IMG/VR virus record: IMGVR_UViG_3300037722_000592
Span: 1 to 53,948 of that record
DNA from: a virus
Lineage: Duplodnaviria > Caudoviricetes
Length of the DNA stretch: 53,948 nt
Reading direction: 5' to 3' (one strand)
Of this stretch, positions 31,601 through 38,505 are shown piece after piece. The notes beneath the pieces are model-generated. The model was not told the DNA's origin. It was given only the letters and a program-made list of their open reading frames with translations, and searched no databases. The number at the start of each line of letters is the position of its first letter. Position 1 is the stretch's first letter. The translations under genes were made by a program, and so were the position numbers.

Positions 31601-34600
31601 AGCCGGGCGCGGTCAACTGTTTCCGAAATGGAAAGTGCTGGCGATACCGTCCCGGCCTTCTCCGAGTCCAACGACATTCGGTACAGCCAGGCCGAGCTTG
31701 CCGCGGCAGCCAAGGCGTTCTTCTCCAAAAAAAACCCCTTCCTGGCCGATAAAGCCAACGAATGGCTGGATAAAGCCGATCCGAAATGGCGGGACCGCTG
31801 GGAGAATATTGTTTATATGGTGGCGGACAAGGATGATCCTAAACGCCTAATCCAAAACCGCTACGGTGAGCAGAGCGAAGAAACCGACTACCTGATGGCC
31901 GAGCGGCTCAGGGGGAAACAGACCGCCGCCGAGGTGGAAAAACTAGCCAGGGAAGAGGTTAACCCGCTGCTGGAGTTTCTGGCCAAAAGCAAGCTGGAAA
32001 TCGCCGACCTGGAAGAATATGCCATGGTCAAGCATGTCCCCGAACGCAACGCGCAAATGCGCCGGATCAACGCTAAACAGTATCTCGGCAACATGACAGC
32101 GCTGTTCACCGGAAAAAAAGAAGAAGAACTGCGGTATGAGATCGGCAATGCGGCGGCCGAGATTGACCGCGAGGACCGGCGCGACAGCTACCTTGACCTG
32201 TTGGCCAAGGAGTTCGCCGGCCTGGACGATTACGGCGACAAGGTGCGGGCGGGAAGGGAGAAACTTGAGGCCCGAGAGTTCACCGCCGAAGAGATAGATA
32301 AGGGAACCCCAGAGCGATTGGAGCGCAACCAGCGGGCCGCCGAGCGCCGTGTTGACCAGTTGTTGAAGCTCCGGGGCCAATGGGGAGACCGCAGTCTTCG
32401 GTTTGCCGGGATGACCGACGCGGAAGCGGCAGAGATTCTTGATAAATGGGAAGCTGACCGACGCTACCCCGAGGTTGAGCAGGCCAGGAAGCAGCTTGCC
32501 AAGATAAACGATGGCCGCCTGGTGGCATTGATTGAAGGTGGTGAGATCACCAAAGACCAGGCCAACCAGATCCGCTCTACATATAAATATTATGTGCCCT
32601 TCAACCGGGAAGGCTTTTCGGATGGCAAGCCCGCTACCGGTAGAAGCACCGGGCCGCTTGGCAAGGCGATCAAAGGTGCCTCTGGGTCACTTCGCCGGGT
32701 GGTGGACATTCTCGCCCATAGCGTGGCGAATCGCCAGGCGGCAATCAGCCGAAAGCACAAGGCTTTGGTTGGCCGGAAACTCTACAACCTGGTCCGGGAG
32801 AATCCCGATCCGGACAACTGGTGGATAGAAGAGCAGCCCAAGGAGGCCGGCCACGATCAAGATGGCAACGTCACCTTCCACAACCAGTTTAAAGAACCGG
32901 CCAACGGGGTCCCCCTGAAACTGGATGGCAAGATATACACGGTCATGGTCAACCGCGAAGACAACACCATGATGCGGATGGTCGAGTCGATAAAGAATAT
33001 GGATGTCGGGATGGGACCGTTTATCCGGGCGCTGTCCAAGATAAACCGGCTGCTCGCCGCCCTGAACACCTCCTTTTCGCCAGAGTTTATTCTTACCAAC
33101 CTACTGCGGGATATGCAGACGGCCGGGATTAACCTTGAAGATTCGGAAGGGAGGGGTGCTCAGAAGCAGATTTTTAAGAATATGCTTACGGCAATCAAGG
33201 GTATCTATAAGGCGGAACGCGGCACCGACAGCGAATGGGGCAAGAAGTACCGGGATTTTGAGAAGAACGGCGGCAAGATCGGCTGGATGCAGTCATACGA
33301 CACCATTGAAGATCTGGCCAGCGGTCTCGGTGAAGAGATGAAGCTTTACCAGGAAGGCCACACCGCCAAAAAAACGGTGCGGAAACTTCACGACCTCCTG
33401 AAAACATCCAACACCGCCATTGAAAACGGAGTGCGGTTGGCAACCTATGATTATCTGGTGAATACCAAGGGGCTTAATAAGCGCAAGGCGGCGCTGATCG
33501 CCAGCAACCTGACGGTTGACTTTACCCGGCGGGGCGCGGCCGGGCCGAATATCAACGCCCTTTATATGTTTGCGAATGCGGGAATTCAGGGGAATATCCG
33601 GATGATTAAGGCCGCCGTGCGAAGCGGGCGGGTGCGAACCATGCTTGGGGCTATTGTCGGCACCGGTTTTATAATGCACTTGCTCGCCCTGGCGACCGGC
33701 GGCGATGACGATGACGGTATGGCTTTCTACGACAAAGTGCCGGACAGCATGAAAGAGCGCAATATGATCGTCATGCTCCAGGACGGCAAACGGGTTACCG
33801 TGCCGATGCCATACGGCTATAACATCTTTTTCAATCTTGGCGATGAACTGGCCGAGATGATGGTGGCGGCCATGGCGGGCCGGGAATACAAGCAGACCAA
33901 AGGGGTGGCCCGGATGTTCTCGGTGTTCTCGAACACCTTCAACCCGATGTCATCAGCTACTTTGCTCCAGACAGTGCTGCCGACCGCACTGGACCCGGTT
34001 GGCTATATTGCGGAAAACAAGACTTGGTTTGGCGGGGACTTGATGCCGTCCGGGAACCCTTTTGCCACAGTGCCCGAGCCTAATTCGCAACGGTTCTGGA
34101 AATCGGTATCGCCGATCAGTAAGGCGGTTGCTCAATCCTTGAACCGCCTTACTGGCGGCGACGCGGTGAAGCCGGGCCTGATCGATGTCTCCCCGGAAGT
34201 CCTTGACTTGATTATTGACACCTACTCCGGTTCGGCCGGCCGGTTTGTCAAAGACACTATGATGTTACCGGTCCGGGCCGCAACCGGGCAGCTGGAGGCG
34301 AATAAAACGCCGATAGCCAGGCGCTTCTACGGCGAACAGTTTGAGGGGGTTAATTCCGGGATATACCGGGAACAGGTCAGGGAAGTAATGACCGTCCACA
34401 ACCAATACCTGGCGGAACCGGACCGCGCCCGGCGCCAGGAGATCAAGGGAAAGGAACTTTTCGGGCTCATCCCGCTGGTTAAGGAATCTGAAAAGGTGAT
34501 CGGAAAACTACGGAAGATTAAAAAGATTCGGGAAGGGAGGGGTGACGACACGACCTTGCTGGAGGATCAGATCGAGAGAATACAAAAGAAGGTTATTGCG

Positions 34601-34621
34601 AGATATCGGCAAACCTTGTAA
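19667..34621 (+). CDS. Giant 4984-aa polyvalent virion protein: InPase-like (~21.7-22.1 kb), N6-adenine methyltransferase (~25.4-26.3 kb), SF2/SNF2 helicase (~28.0-30.0 kb, DarB-like), zincin-like peptidase (~31.2-31.5 kb), LPD38 (~33.7-34.3 kb)
   Basis: ISIENP.GS.RSG...YGY.KGT.G.D.DHVD...FDEHK; LEPSMGIG and IGNPPF; HAVGAGKT, IDEAH, TGTP, GTNVQ, EQREGRIIRQGN; LHEITH...EE; YDKVP...KERN...VPMPYGY...ENKTWFG. Confidence 0.9.
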   Translation: MRDTFDRVAKKDKDSAGKGLGEVFARVAPERTIGDTATDIGIDLLKGAISVPESFVGLADIPTGGRVGKGLESIGYKPAEAKEILSDQYSPARKAAGQKVNEAQGLVDTVSAAIQNPSVIASGALESLPLMGAGGVVGRGLGILGKAGKMSGVLRGAVGEGAVSAGMTAEQIRGETDDKLLSPSQSALAAASGAATALFAQLGGKLAQKAGIGDVDTYLARLPGEEAKRVKKNLVRRAVEGFVSEGVFEELPQSVQEEIAQNVALGKPAFEGVDQAAALGMLSGGLIGGGFNALNSAGTDTPADESTPPADVPAKPPGPLANAAAAGGIPGLGDTLRTHAFVPDDRRGPEAARLRARDETKAQFEDNLAGLNTRSRGIPSSASQSAEVFAAAGPTELEKQVALRTQREAELEQTFSSLQTEEQQTANRDKAKDEAGLDPIHNLRTEIKKRGGLNLDNLKVDYDNETTKALIKKLPGIVKRGGAVELDDIADEMRHYGYKSADDLLRALVESPTRREAEARAVKGIDAGYGHDNRLNESADELDSKGFEPVFAQRPAVDLNLGDKVVTGQDANLPADEYEVKGETSDGRIILEDGVRREVDAFDALNIEGIKRSGKQGFGVPGAVEPSAPVRQPGSSSRESKGVGGDSSPASTEQVTNPASTAHGQEVNTSPSEPMKKAENYKKAHVNVDGHQISIENPVGSMRSGQDDAGKRWEQELKADYGYFKGTVGYDKDHVDTFIKPGYKGGSETVHIVNQHKKDGSFDEHKVVMGADSSADALAVYNQNYESGWTGGKSVVAMPAVQFGKWVKSDAPKTGELLDGEARGLATIEQIKALIPAKKHSMIREQLAEVEELLAEGAPGYTVGQWAETLADLADNQEKWKFGDKNADRPAAEAIIGQVDPAGQYGISYDFKQRGGWAFTIRDLNGRVNGEPLGEKDMDGTFTRISKSIFRLTPSELLKEIAKQQDAFGIIDGGATSDSEEDTNSQDIGPQADRDAKRGKTEPEAGAFTPDESEVRPQEVTGVIKAKDVYGNTHYISQAQLDSGKTLLRRLNKKGEPLEVENTLVHRDNIDLTGGKTTAAHKGALYIAGKEDKGYASPAMAEQGIKRLGQDIDDYTIEEVGGRYVAIHKKVSGGNQKGANGDVRTGKSQPDQEVQVADDGDQSADSGRDGQGRQAELRIEELSEKAIIIKGNTREHKDRIKSASPIRALWNKGKGGWVFPKNREAEIRESLKDLLGEEANTQPSQPGESAATDRSVDYSWAIREPPPQVSAPMVIEPRVTVSYRGRELSGKGYAVPGIEGLAVKVVPPNGSKTDSTKMGWSVWVGDDLVYVNPPTVRATEHLDTAQEAIKVATPKLRRIFTAMQQGGFSGVAQATGDQQQEAEKQTPDASDTSAPSGATSSPNQPFVDAIATRIEEWVSTGTNGGARALDRQWERGAVKRFYDSYLKGSFAGSKTGEWASAKVAAGKADSFDGLKAALAKLVAVKPAPSTPVIPQKEPWQMTRAEYLAAPKTGDKYDGEAFRSGRHSESVRRAIQNNESVPVEVLADYPGLQVKETPESLTKQPVKEKDTPKEQEVKLKEQLKGFGESNKKFTAADAEEARRIMREQLGQLNMGLNPEMLKAGITLAGFYIEGGARSFSDYAKKMVADFGDAIKPHLRQFYEAIRQEPDFDTSGMTTYAELELRKDVPAVESTPDPKSLDAVADYEVIFADENLRFQFQDELDDLFNHKILALARALRDRGWTMDRSIDRLSKDGKRAEVELTQVGAGKNVVGLSVNGVRVEPGVNTADTANRIDATLAAGFDKAQEKADTESKEARDDTEPQGSNEGNGGAIRSLAPATSQSGDQALAGMAAEDGGDAGQGKQADLFGAGRGRKSATRDKRADGGRDAAPRSKRADAETVHPPGAGERSFGEPGTGRVEPAAIPGKNFKITKDLKLGEGSEEVKFQDNLAAISTLKRIEGEQRRATAEEQRTLARYVGWGGLANAFANPVTGDIREGWQGRVKDLAGLLTDNELTVARNSTKAAHYTSEAVASQMWEAVKRLGFKRGNVLEPSMGIGNFIGLTPEGVTANVMGIEYDPITARIGKLLYPQATVIHSGFQQVPLPEGVFDLVIGNPPFGQESLNFQHSPHLNRHSIHNQFFLAGIDALRPGGIQAMVVSRYLMDSKDSGARDALAAEAKLLGVVRLPESAFKENARTDVVTDIIFLQKKTEEEIAATEKEEAPAWTKSTEIEVNGEQIAVNKYFQNNPRAVIGTMTTASSQFSGASLVVKLEKGADLAKLINERTGQILPAGVFTQESTADQARDHFETMRDGMEIALAGHEDASIAFNDLGELVQVHERETEGGDFVLAKRVIGVGSPWSPHLAMDKDGNWFREVDKLDEKGNKIKVADENGKLTKRNAKKRQVFKDVAEIPQSMTMSKLDYGRLRDAVSLLDELVAQVNLEISDAPSLEIEGNRKQLRRAYDAFVKKHDRVNAPVINKLISDLPNGPLLMALETVYKPPIRKDRAEKLNTKPRPAIVKEAAILDERVVFPYESPTSVESASDALAVVLSESGRVDLGRVADLLGQGQDEVIKALHHEAETPLIFLDPETQEWETADEYLGGNVVKKLAAAKGDSGYPKNVDALEAVQPKAWTADQVTPTLGSTWIPTDVYAGFIASLTGKPAKVNFSPLTNTYAVQGEGGTPKAQNWNTPKRNVVEIIEAVLNSRPIRITETIGYGSEKRTVTDQDNTDLANEKGEEIREAFDDWVFQDAGRRKQLVDIFNQKFNVRVVKQRDGQHLKLPGKVPDSVIKMRRHQLNGIWRGIVDRFVLYDHAVGAGKTFTGIARAMERRRMGLSRKPLVVVPNHLVEQFAADAYKLYPGAKVLAAGSKDLNPKKRRRMLGKIATGEWDLVIMPHSSFKFVGISPDTESRFLEEQLRLAEQAIAEAQQQAEEDGLAGHRKPITVKEAERLRDTIQGRLDKLRTRGNKKDRMLSFEQLGVDDLTIDEAHEFKNLFYHSKLSVRGMNPKEGSARAYDLWTKVRVLQESKTGSVAFMTGTPISNSAVEMYGLMRYLAADVLADMNLEHFDAWRSQFTTVTTKYEPTDSGRGLKEVNRIGRDWSNMRALMDAYYTFSDSVSNGDIQAWYSEDNDGARFPIPEVKGGGRQQVNVAPTEAQERIIQEVVARYEGLDGIKDVKERNKERLRLMDRARKVSLDVRVVDPATDSKERGGKLDAVARQVHQIYHEWREDKGTQLVFLDRSVPKAKGDAGKIQKYDALLRDLEAAERKGDDDKARAVIGKLEKYDYNEMQELKIAQTGSWNAYRQIKENLVGLGIPENEIRFIQEANTDEQKKTMFDEVNAGQIRVLIGSTPRLGAGTNVQERLVALHHVDVTWKPSDIEQREGRIIRQGNSLFAKYGESFKVIINAYTTDTTVDQRLWDLNATKMRMINGIRKYNGDFNMEFVDEDSVSMAEIAAHASGNPLQLERVQLAAEIDRLNRSKRSFARQQWGQKDALEEAEANIKILPETIKALAPEAEKIAAEIAMVAEEVKSRTVTIDGKEYDRGPWGSNAHDALAEKRDQAKKKKEKFEADINGKVFTSFQDASAAIDDVMGDGANFDVELDGEKFIRHRRAIGKVVELANAVIDKEGKGAEVDYTPLAKMRAYGVDIDLAIQVVDDGKGRTIEFHFTGKKEANGQPLTLVRSIYEANLGVDYYAHSAMYGMFSRPLNDVTSIPNRLKQSRKRLAEAKEMAPELRKLVDKPYPKEQELSDKKDRLNAVEQELSNSAAPSKGKTTDDGEVKLSQSSSPRSGQLSTARTLQSIVDSYLTSSGRRDLQVSVVQTVDQLRAGLVLSEGVSGNVEGAFDPQSGKVFLVADNIATTEAWGRILHEITHKTRAEQGWGGVFGREAETILNEIDKRLAAGATAWKKAEQQARQARTSAENLREETITYFLAEQANSNQSLWRRIVNAIRAWAVRVGLKRKVSDADIVALAENSVQSRARSTVSEMESAGDTVPAFSESNDIRYSQAELAAAAKAFFSKKNPFLADKANEWLDKADPKWRDRWENIVYMVADKDDPKRLIQNRYGEQSEETDYLMAERLRGKQTAAEVEKLAREEVNPLLEFLAKSKLEIADLEEYAMVKHVPERNAQMRRINAKQYLGNMTALFTGKKEEELRYEIGNAAAEIDREDRRDSYLDLLAKEFAGLDDYGDKVRAGREKLEAREFTAEEIDKGTPERLERNQRAAERRVDQLLKLRGQWGDRSLRFAGMTDAEAAEILDKWEADRRYPEVEQARKQLAKINDGRLVALIEGGEITKDQANQIRSTYKYYVPFNREGFSDGKPATGRSTGPLGKAIKGASGSLRRVVDILAHSVANRQAAISRKHKALVGRKLYNLVRENPDPDNWWIEEQPKEAGHDQDGNVTFHNQFKEPANGVPLKLDGKIYTVMVNREDNTMMRMVESIKNMDVGMGPFIRALSKINRLLAALNTSFSPEFILTNLLRDMQTAGINLEDSEGRGAQKQIFKNMLTAIKGIYKAERGTDSEWGKKYRDFEKNGGKIGWMQSYDTIEDLASGLGEEMKLYQEGHTAKKTVRKLHDLLKTSNTAIENGVRLATYDYLVNTKGLNKRKAALIASNLTVDFTRRGAAGPNINALYMFANAGIQGNIRMIKAAVRSGRVRTMLGAIVGTGFIMHLLALATGGDDDDGMAFYDKVPDSMKERNMIVMLQDGKRVTVPMPYGYNIFFNLGDELAEMMVAAMAGREYKQTKGVARMFSVFSNTFNPMSSATLLQTVLPTALDPVGYIAENKTWFGGDLMPSGNPFATVPEPNSQRFWKSVSPISKAVAQSLNRLTGGDAVKPGLIDVSPEVLDLIIDTYSGSAGRFVKDTMMLPVRAATGQLEANKTPIARRFYGEQFEGVNSGIYREQVREVMTVHNQYLAEPDRARRQEIKGKELFGLIPLVKESEKVIGKLRKIKKIREGRGDDTTLLEDQIERIQKKVIARYRQTL
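25071..25112 (+). promoter_or_regulatory. Internal sigma70-type promoter and RBS inside the giant gene
   Basis: TTGACA (25071-76), 17-nt spacer, GATACT (25094-99); AAGGAGG at 25106-12. Confidence 0.65.
25119..25424 (+). CDS. Overprinted (+1 frame) 101-aa helical protein, distantly TnpV-like
   Basis: Perfect SD 6 nt before ATG25119; AIKHWQEWLPKM...HEAKELMLKRYILLEPE; host frame is a low-complexity linker here. Confidence 0.65.
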   Translation: MIQSHREAMKAMGAPYGHSPLQLRNLAIKHWQEWLPKMAATLAKENRLISSALAAAEKVQRGISEQMAAGMQHHEAKELMLKRYILLEPESEVLESLEQEG

Positions 34622-34646
34622 CCCTTAATGAAACGGAGTGTTTACC

Positions 34647-34802
34647 ATGGAAGCAACCCCGGTACCGGAACATAAGATAGGAGAACCGCAATCCCTGCCG
34701 ACCATGACCATCCCGGCGGGAAAGACCCTGCTGCTGTCCGGTGACGTGACCACCCCGGCGGGCAGCACGGTAACCATTAACGGCACATTGCGAATAATCT
34801 AA
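34647..34802 (+). CDS. Small 51-aa virion protein (not in ORF track)
   Basis: GGAG RBS; MEATPVPEH...TIPAGKTLLLSGDVTTPAGSTVTINGTLRII; fills the intergenic gap. Confidence 0.6.
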   Translation: MEATPVPEHKIGEPQSLPTMTIPAGKTLLLSGDVTTPAGSTVTINGTLRII

Positions 34803-34811
34803 GGAGAAACC

Positions 34812-35489
34812 ATGGGTAAGCACATTGTAGACGACATTGACCTGGGCGGCCGGATCAACCATTTCCGGGGCGATGACATAGCCTCGGCGGCCACCATCGA
34901 CCTGAACGCGGCGACCGGCAACCTGGTCTATATTACCGGCAATACCGATATCACCGATATCGCCGACGCCGATCAGGCCGGGGTAGACCGGATCTGCGTT
35001 TTCGCCGATCGGTTGAAGATCACCCACGACGCGGCCAAGATCAAGCTGCCTTATGGCGAGGATCTGGTGGTCGAGGCCGGTGACGTGGTGGTCTTCCAGG
35101 CCGAGACCGCGGAGATCTGGAAGGTCACCCTGGTGTCGCGGGCGCCCCTGAAGGCAAAAGCCGAAGTCGATCTGGCCGATACCGATGCCTCCACCCTGAC
35201 CGCCGCCCAGCTGCTGGACAGCGGGATCTTCAAGGCGACCCCCACCACGGCCCGGTCCCATACCACCGACACCGCCGCCAATATCGTCGCCGCTCTGCCC
35301 GGCGCCAAGGCCGGGGCCTGGTTCGATTTCGCCTTTATCTGCACGGCGGCCTTCGCTGAAACGATCCAGGCCGGGGCCGGGGTAACCCTGGTCGGCGATA
35401 TGGTCCTGAACGACAACTCCGGCAGCTTCCGCGCCCTGATCACCGACGCCGGCAGCGGCACCGAAGCCGTAACCATTTACCGGGTATAA
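34812..35489 (+). CDS. Tail fibre/virion protein
   Basis: AAGGAG RBS; GDDIASAATIDL.AATGN.V.ITG motif. Confidence 0.65.
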   Translation: MGKHIVDDIDLGGRINHFRGDDIASAATIDLNAATGNLVYITGNTDITDIADADQAGVDRICVFADRLKITHDAAKIKLPYGEDLVVEAGDVVVFQAETAEIWKVTLVSRAPLKAKAEVDLADTDASTLTAAQLLDSGIFKATPTTARSHTTDTAANIVAALPGAKAGAWFDFAFICTAAFAETIQAGAGVTLVGDMVLNDNSGSFRALITDAGSGTEAVTIYRV

Positions 35490-35492
35490 AAT

Positions 35493-35990
35493 ATGCATCT
35501 CCCTAAATATCTATCGTTTGACTCGATCAGGCGGGCGCTACTGGCCCATCTCGCCGCCTTTACCCATAGCGACATTGCCCACGCCAACCGCGCGGCCCTG
35601 GATCTGGTCGAGAATATCAACACCGGCGATCAGGATTTATCGGGGCTCCAGCCCATCCCCACCCTCAATGCCCACCCGGCCATCCCCGACAACACCGACA
35701 ACGAGGCCGACCGGACCTTCTCTGCTACCTACCCTACCCACACCGCGTCAATCGGCGGTGACTGCACGCTGATCGTTACTGACCTATCGACTGAGCGTCA
35801 GGGTATGGTTTGGTTCCTGACCACGACCGCCGCCGTCGCTGTAGCCTTGTCCGGGCCGTCGTTTAAAACGCACCCCACTGCTACCTCGCTGGACAGTCTG
35901 GCGAGCGGCTACACCTACCCGGTAGTGATTAAAACCCCCGACAACGGGACTACTGCCCATATCTGGGTTGGCGCTGGGGTGGCGGTATGA
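35493..35990 (+). CDS. Tail fibre-associated protein
   Basis: NTGDQDLSGL motif; operon packing. Confidence 0.55.
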   Translation: MHLPKYLSFDSIRRALLAHLAAFTHSDIAHANRAALDLVENINTGDQDLSGLQPIPTLNAHPAIPDNTDNEADRTFSATYPTHTASIGGDCTLIVTDLSTERQGMVWFLTTTAAVAVALSGPSFKTHPTATSLDSLASGYTYPVVIKTPDNGTTAHIWVGAGVAV

Positions 35991-36910
35991 GCATCGGCGA
36001 TGATGTTTTGACAGGGATACTGACGGAGGAGGTTTTGGCAACAATAGCTATCGGCGGGAGCGTAACCCAGACTGTGCGGAAATTAGACACAACTAATTTA
36101 TCGTTGCTGGCCGAGTCCGCTAATTATGGCGGGGCGATATTGGCCATAGCTACCGATGAGGAATATTATTATATCGGCGGGGCCGTAACCCAGACTGTAC
36201 AAAAACGTCGAAAATCAGATTTCGGACTAGTCGCCGAGTCCGCAAGCTATGGCGGTGGCATATGGGCGATAGTAGTCGATAGCGATAATGTTTATGTGGC
36301 TGGAGATACCACCAGAAAAGTCCGAAAACTTAATTTAGCAGACCTGACGTTTGTTGCTGATTCCGCTGGGTACGGAGACGATATACGAACAATGACCGGG
36401 GACTCTGACAATATTTATATCGGTGGGAAGGCACTGACAGGTACAGTACAGAAAATCAGGAAAAGTGACTTGGTTAAGGTCGCGGAATCGGCTGTATATT
36501 ATGCAGTTGACAGCATCGCCGCCAATAGTACCCACATTTTCGTCGGCGGCTATAATGTGGGGACAGTCCACAAAATATGGAAACTCAGGATTGACGATCT
36601 GGTCAAGGTGGCCGAGTCCACTGTTGGGTATGGCGGGGGGATTTGGGCGCTCACATTAGATAGTACCGATGTTTTTGTGGGGGGGGAAACTACCCAAAAA
36701 GTACAAAAATTCCGGCAGACGGATTTACAGTTTTTGGGAGAATCGGCTAGTTATGGCGGGACAATCCGGGCATTGGCGGTGGTGGGTAACGCTATCTTTG
36801 TCGGGGGGTTAACCACCCAGACTGTGCGGAAATTAGACACAACTAATTTATCGTTGCTGGCCGAGTCCGCTAATTACGGCGGTAGCATACTTGCTATCCA
36901 GGAGGGGTAA
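35987..36910 (+). CDS. Beta-propeller repeat protein (candidate receptor-binding module)
   Basis: About seven ~42-aa repeats GG.TTQTV(R/Q)K....L..(V/L)AESA.YGG.I.A; visibly more AT-rich than flanks. Confidence 0.75.
   Translation: MSIGDDVLTGILTEEVLATIAIGGSVTQTVRKLDTTNLSLLAESANYGGAILAIATDEEYYYIGGAVTQTVQKRRKSDFGLVAESASYGGGIWAIVVDSDNVYVAGDTTRKVRKLNLADLTFVADSAGYGDDIRTMTGDSDNIYIGGKALTGTVQKIRKSDLVKVAESAVYYAVDSIAANSTHIFVGGYNVGTVHKIWKLRIDDLVKVAESTVGYGGGIWALTLDSTDVFVGGETTQKVQKFRQTDLQFLGESASYGGTIRALAVVGNAIFVGGLTTQTVRKLDTTNLSLLAESANYGGSILAIQEG
36065..36876 (+). repeat. 62-bp perfect direct repeat (36065-36126 and 36815-36876)
   Basis: acccagactgtgcggaaattagacacaactaatttatcgttgctggccgagtccgctaatta twice, 750 bp apart. 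Confidence 0.9.
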
Positions 36911-37617
36911 TGACCAAAATAACCTACGCAATCCGCACCAACCCGGCCCAATCCGGCGACTATGAATTTTACACGTCTGGCACCCCGCGCAACTGGCCGT
37001 GGGGGCTATACACCGGCAACCCCACCCCGGAGCAGATGGCCTCTATCGGCTATATGCCTGTGGTCAGCCGTGACTACAACCCCGACACCCACCGGACTAC
37101 CGGGGCTTACACCGATGACGGAGCGGAGGTTTACCCAGAAACGGTGGAGCTGACTGCCGAGGAGCTGGCGGAACGATTAACGCAAACCCGTCTAGCGGCC
37201 AAGGATGAGGTGAAAATGACCCGGCATAGTTCTCTTGCGAAACTAGTAGCATGCGCCGGGATCCTCGGGGTCTACGATATCAATTTCGAAGCGGCCAAAC
37301 TTGTGACGTCCGGGCAGGGTGGAACGGTGTTATTCGACACGATCACCGCCACGCAATTTGCCACCGACGCCGGGGCAGGGCTGGGGATGGATGCCGCGAC
37401 ATGGTCAGCTTTTATCGTCAGTGAAAATGGCCGGGAAAAGCGCAAGGGCAAGCGAATTGAGGAAGGCTATTTGCACTATTTTTACACCGCCCTGGCCGCC
37501 GCCAGTACGATCACAGAGATCAACGAAACAACGGCAAATTACCAATCGTTTTGTGACTCGCTGGTAGCCGCTGCCGACATTCCGGCGATTGAAAATATCG
37601 TAAACCCTTGGGGGTAA
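36910..37617 (+). CDS. Tail fibre assembly chaperone-like protein
   Basis: Follows fibre genes; LTAEELAERL and C-terminal I.NPW patterns; GGAGG RBS. Confidence 0.55.
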   Translation: MTKITYAIRTNPAQSGDYEFYTSGTPRNWPWGLYTGNPTPEQMASIGYMPVVSRDYNPDTHRTTGAYTDDGAEVYPETVELTAEELAERLTQTRLAAKDEVKMTRHSSLAKLVACAGILGVYDINFEAAKLVTSGQGGTVLFDTITATQFATDAGAGLGMDAATWSAFIVSENGREKRKGKRIEEGYLHYFYTALAAASTITEINETTANYQSFCDSLVAAADIPAIENIVNPWG

Positions 37618-37620
37618 TTC

Positions 37621-38067
37621 ATGGCAAGAATCTACCAACGTTTCTCAGCAAAACGAAACCCGGTCAGCTGGTATATCCGGTTCCGCTCCGGGCCAGGCAC
37701 TCGCCATTCGCATGTGGAATTTCTACACCCGGCGGAGAGCTGGGTCCTGGGGTCACGGATGATCGGCGGGGTTAAATACCGGCAGCCTAGCAAACATGAT
37801 ATCAACGTCGATATTGTGGCGGTGGAAGTGCCCTGCACAGTTGAGGAGTTCTTCGCTCATGCGGAAAAGTTCATCGGCTGCGGATATGACTTTGGCTGGG
37901 CCAGCAGTTGGGTAATGCCGTTCCGGGCCGACTCAACAAAACGGTTTGGCTGCTCGGAATACGATACACAGATGCTACGAGACATGGGGTGCGAGAAGGT
38001 TAAGGATACCGGGGGCTGGTTATCGCCTCGGGATCTATGGCTTTTACTGAAAAACGGAGAGGTCTAA
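37621..38067 (+). CDS. Permuted papain-like (NlpC/P60, YiiX-like) enzyme
   Basis: SHVE...IGCGYD...FGCSE...SPRDL, catalytic His before Cys. Confidence 0.75.
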   Translation: MARIYQRFSAKRNPVSWYIRFRSGPGTRHSHVEFLHPAESWVLGSRMIGGVKYRQPSKHDINVDIVAVEVPCTVEEFFAHAEKFIGCGYDFGWASSWVMPFRADSTKRFGCSEYDTQMLRDMGCEKVKDTGGWLSPRDLWLLLKNGEV

Positions 38068-38080
38068 AAGGGGGCTCAAG

Positions 38081-38389
38081 GTGGGGGAATATTGCGCGGA
38101 TTGCATAAGAGACGCGGTGCTCGAAATGCAAGGGGAGTCTAAAGCTAAAACGGTTGTCCTTTTCTTGCTGCTCACTTTCGCATTATCCAGTGGTTTAGGT
38201 GCGGCGGGCGTGGTGTTGATGCAGTCGAACGCCACCGCATCACAAGGTGAACAAGTGGCCCTACATGAAGCGGCTATAATCGAGCTACGCGCCATGGTCA
38301 AGGAAAACAAACGGGCTGTGGCGAAAATGTCCGATCAACAGGAGGTCAGCACTCAACAGATTCTAACCGCAATCAGGGGGATAAAATGA
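38081..38389 (+). CDS. Single-TM coiled-coil protein (lysis region)
   Basis: Hydrophobic stretch followed by coiled coil. Confidence 0.55.
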   Translation: MGEYCADCIRDAVLEMQGESKAKTVVLFLLLTFALSSGLGAAGVVLMQSNATASQGEQVALHEAAIIELRAMVKENKRAVAKMSDQQEVSTQQILTAIRGIK

Positions 38390-38505
38390 GTGCCATCTCG
38401 TATTACTATCACTGCCCTGGCTGCCAGGACCAGCAGGTCCACGGCCGTGGCGATCTCTTAGTGATCTGTCCGCGCTGTAAATCCCAACTCGTGAGGATTG
38501 CCTGA
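38386..38505 (+). CDS. 39-aa zinc-ribbon protein (not in ORF track)
   Basis: MSAISYYYHCPGC-x14-CPRCKSQLVRIA; start and stop overlap both neighbours. Confidence 0.6.
   Translation: MSAISYYYHCPGCQDQQVHGRGDLLVICPRCKSQLVRIA

Noticed and set aside
36065-36876. Diversity-generating retroelement TR/VR pair
   Set aside because: The copies are identical over 62 bp with no adenine-specific differences, both lie in one ORF, and no reverse transcriptase is present.
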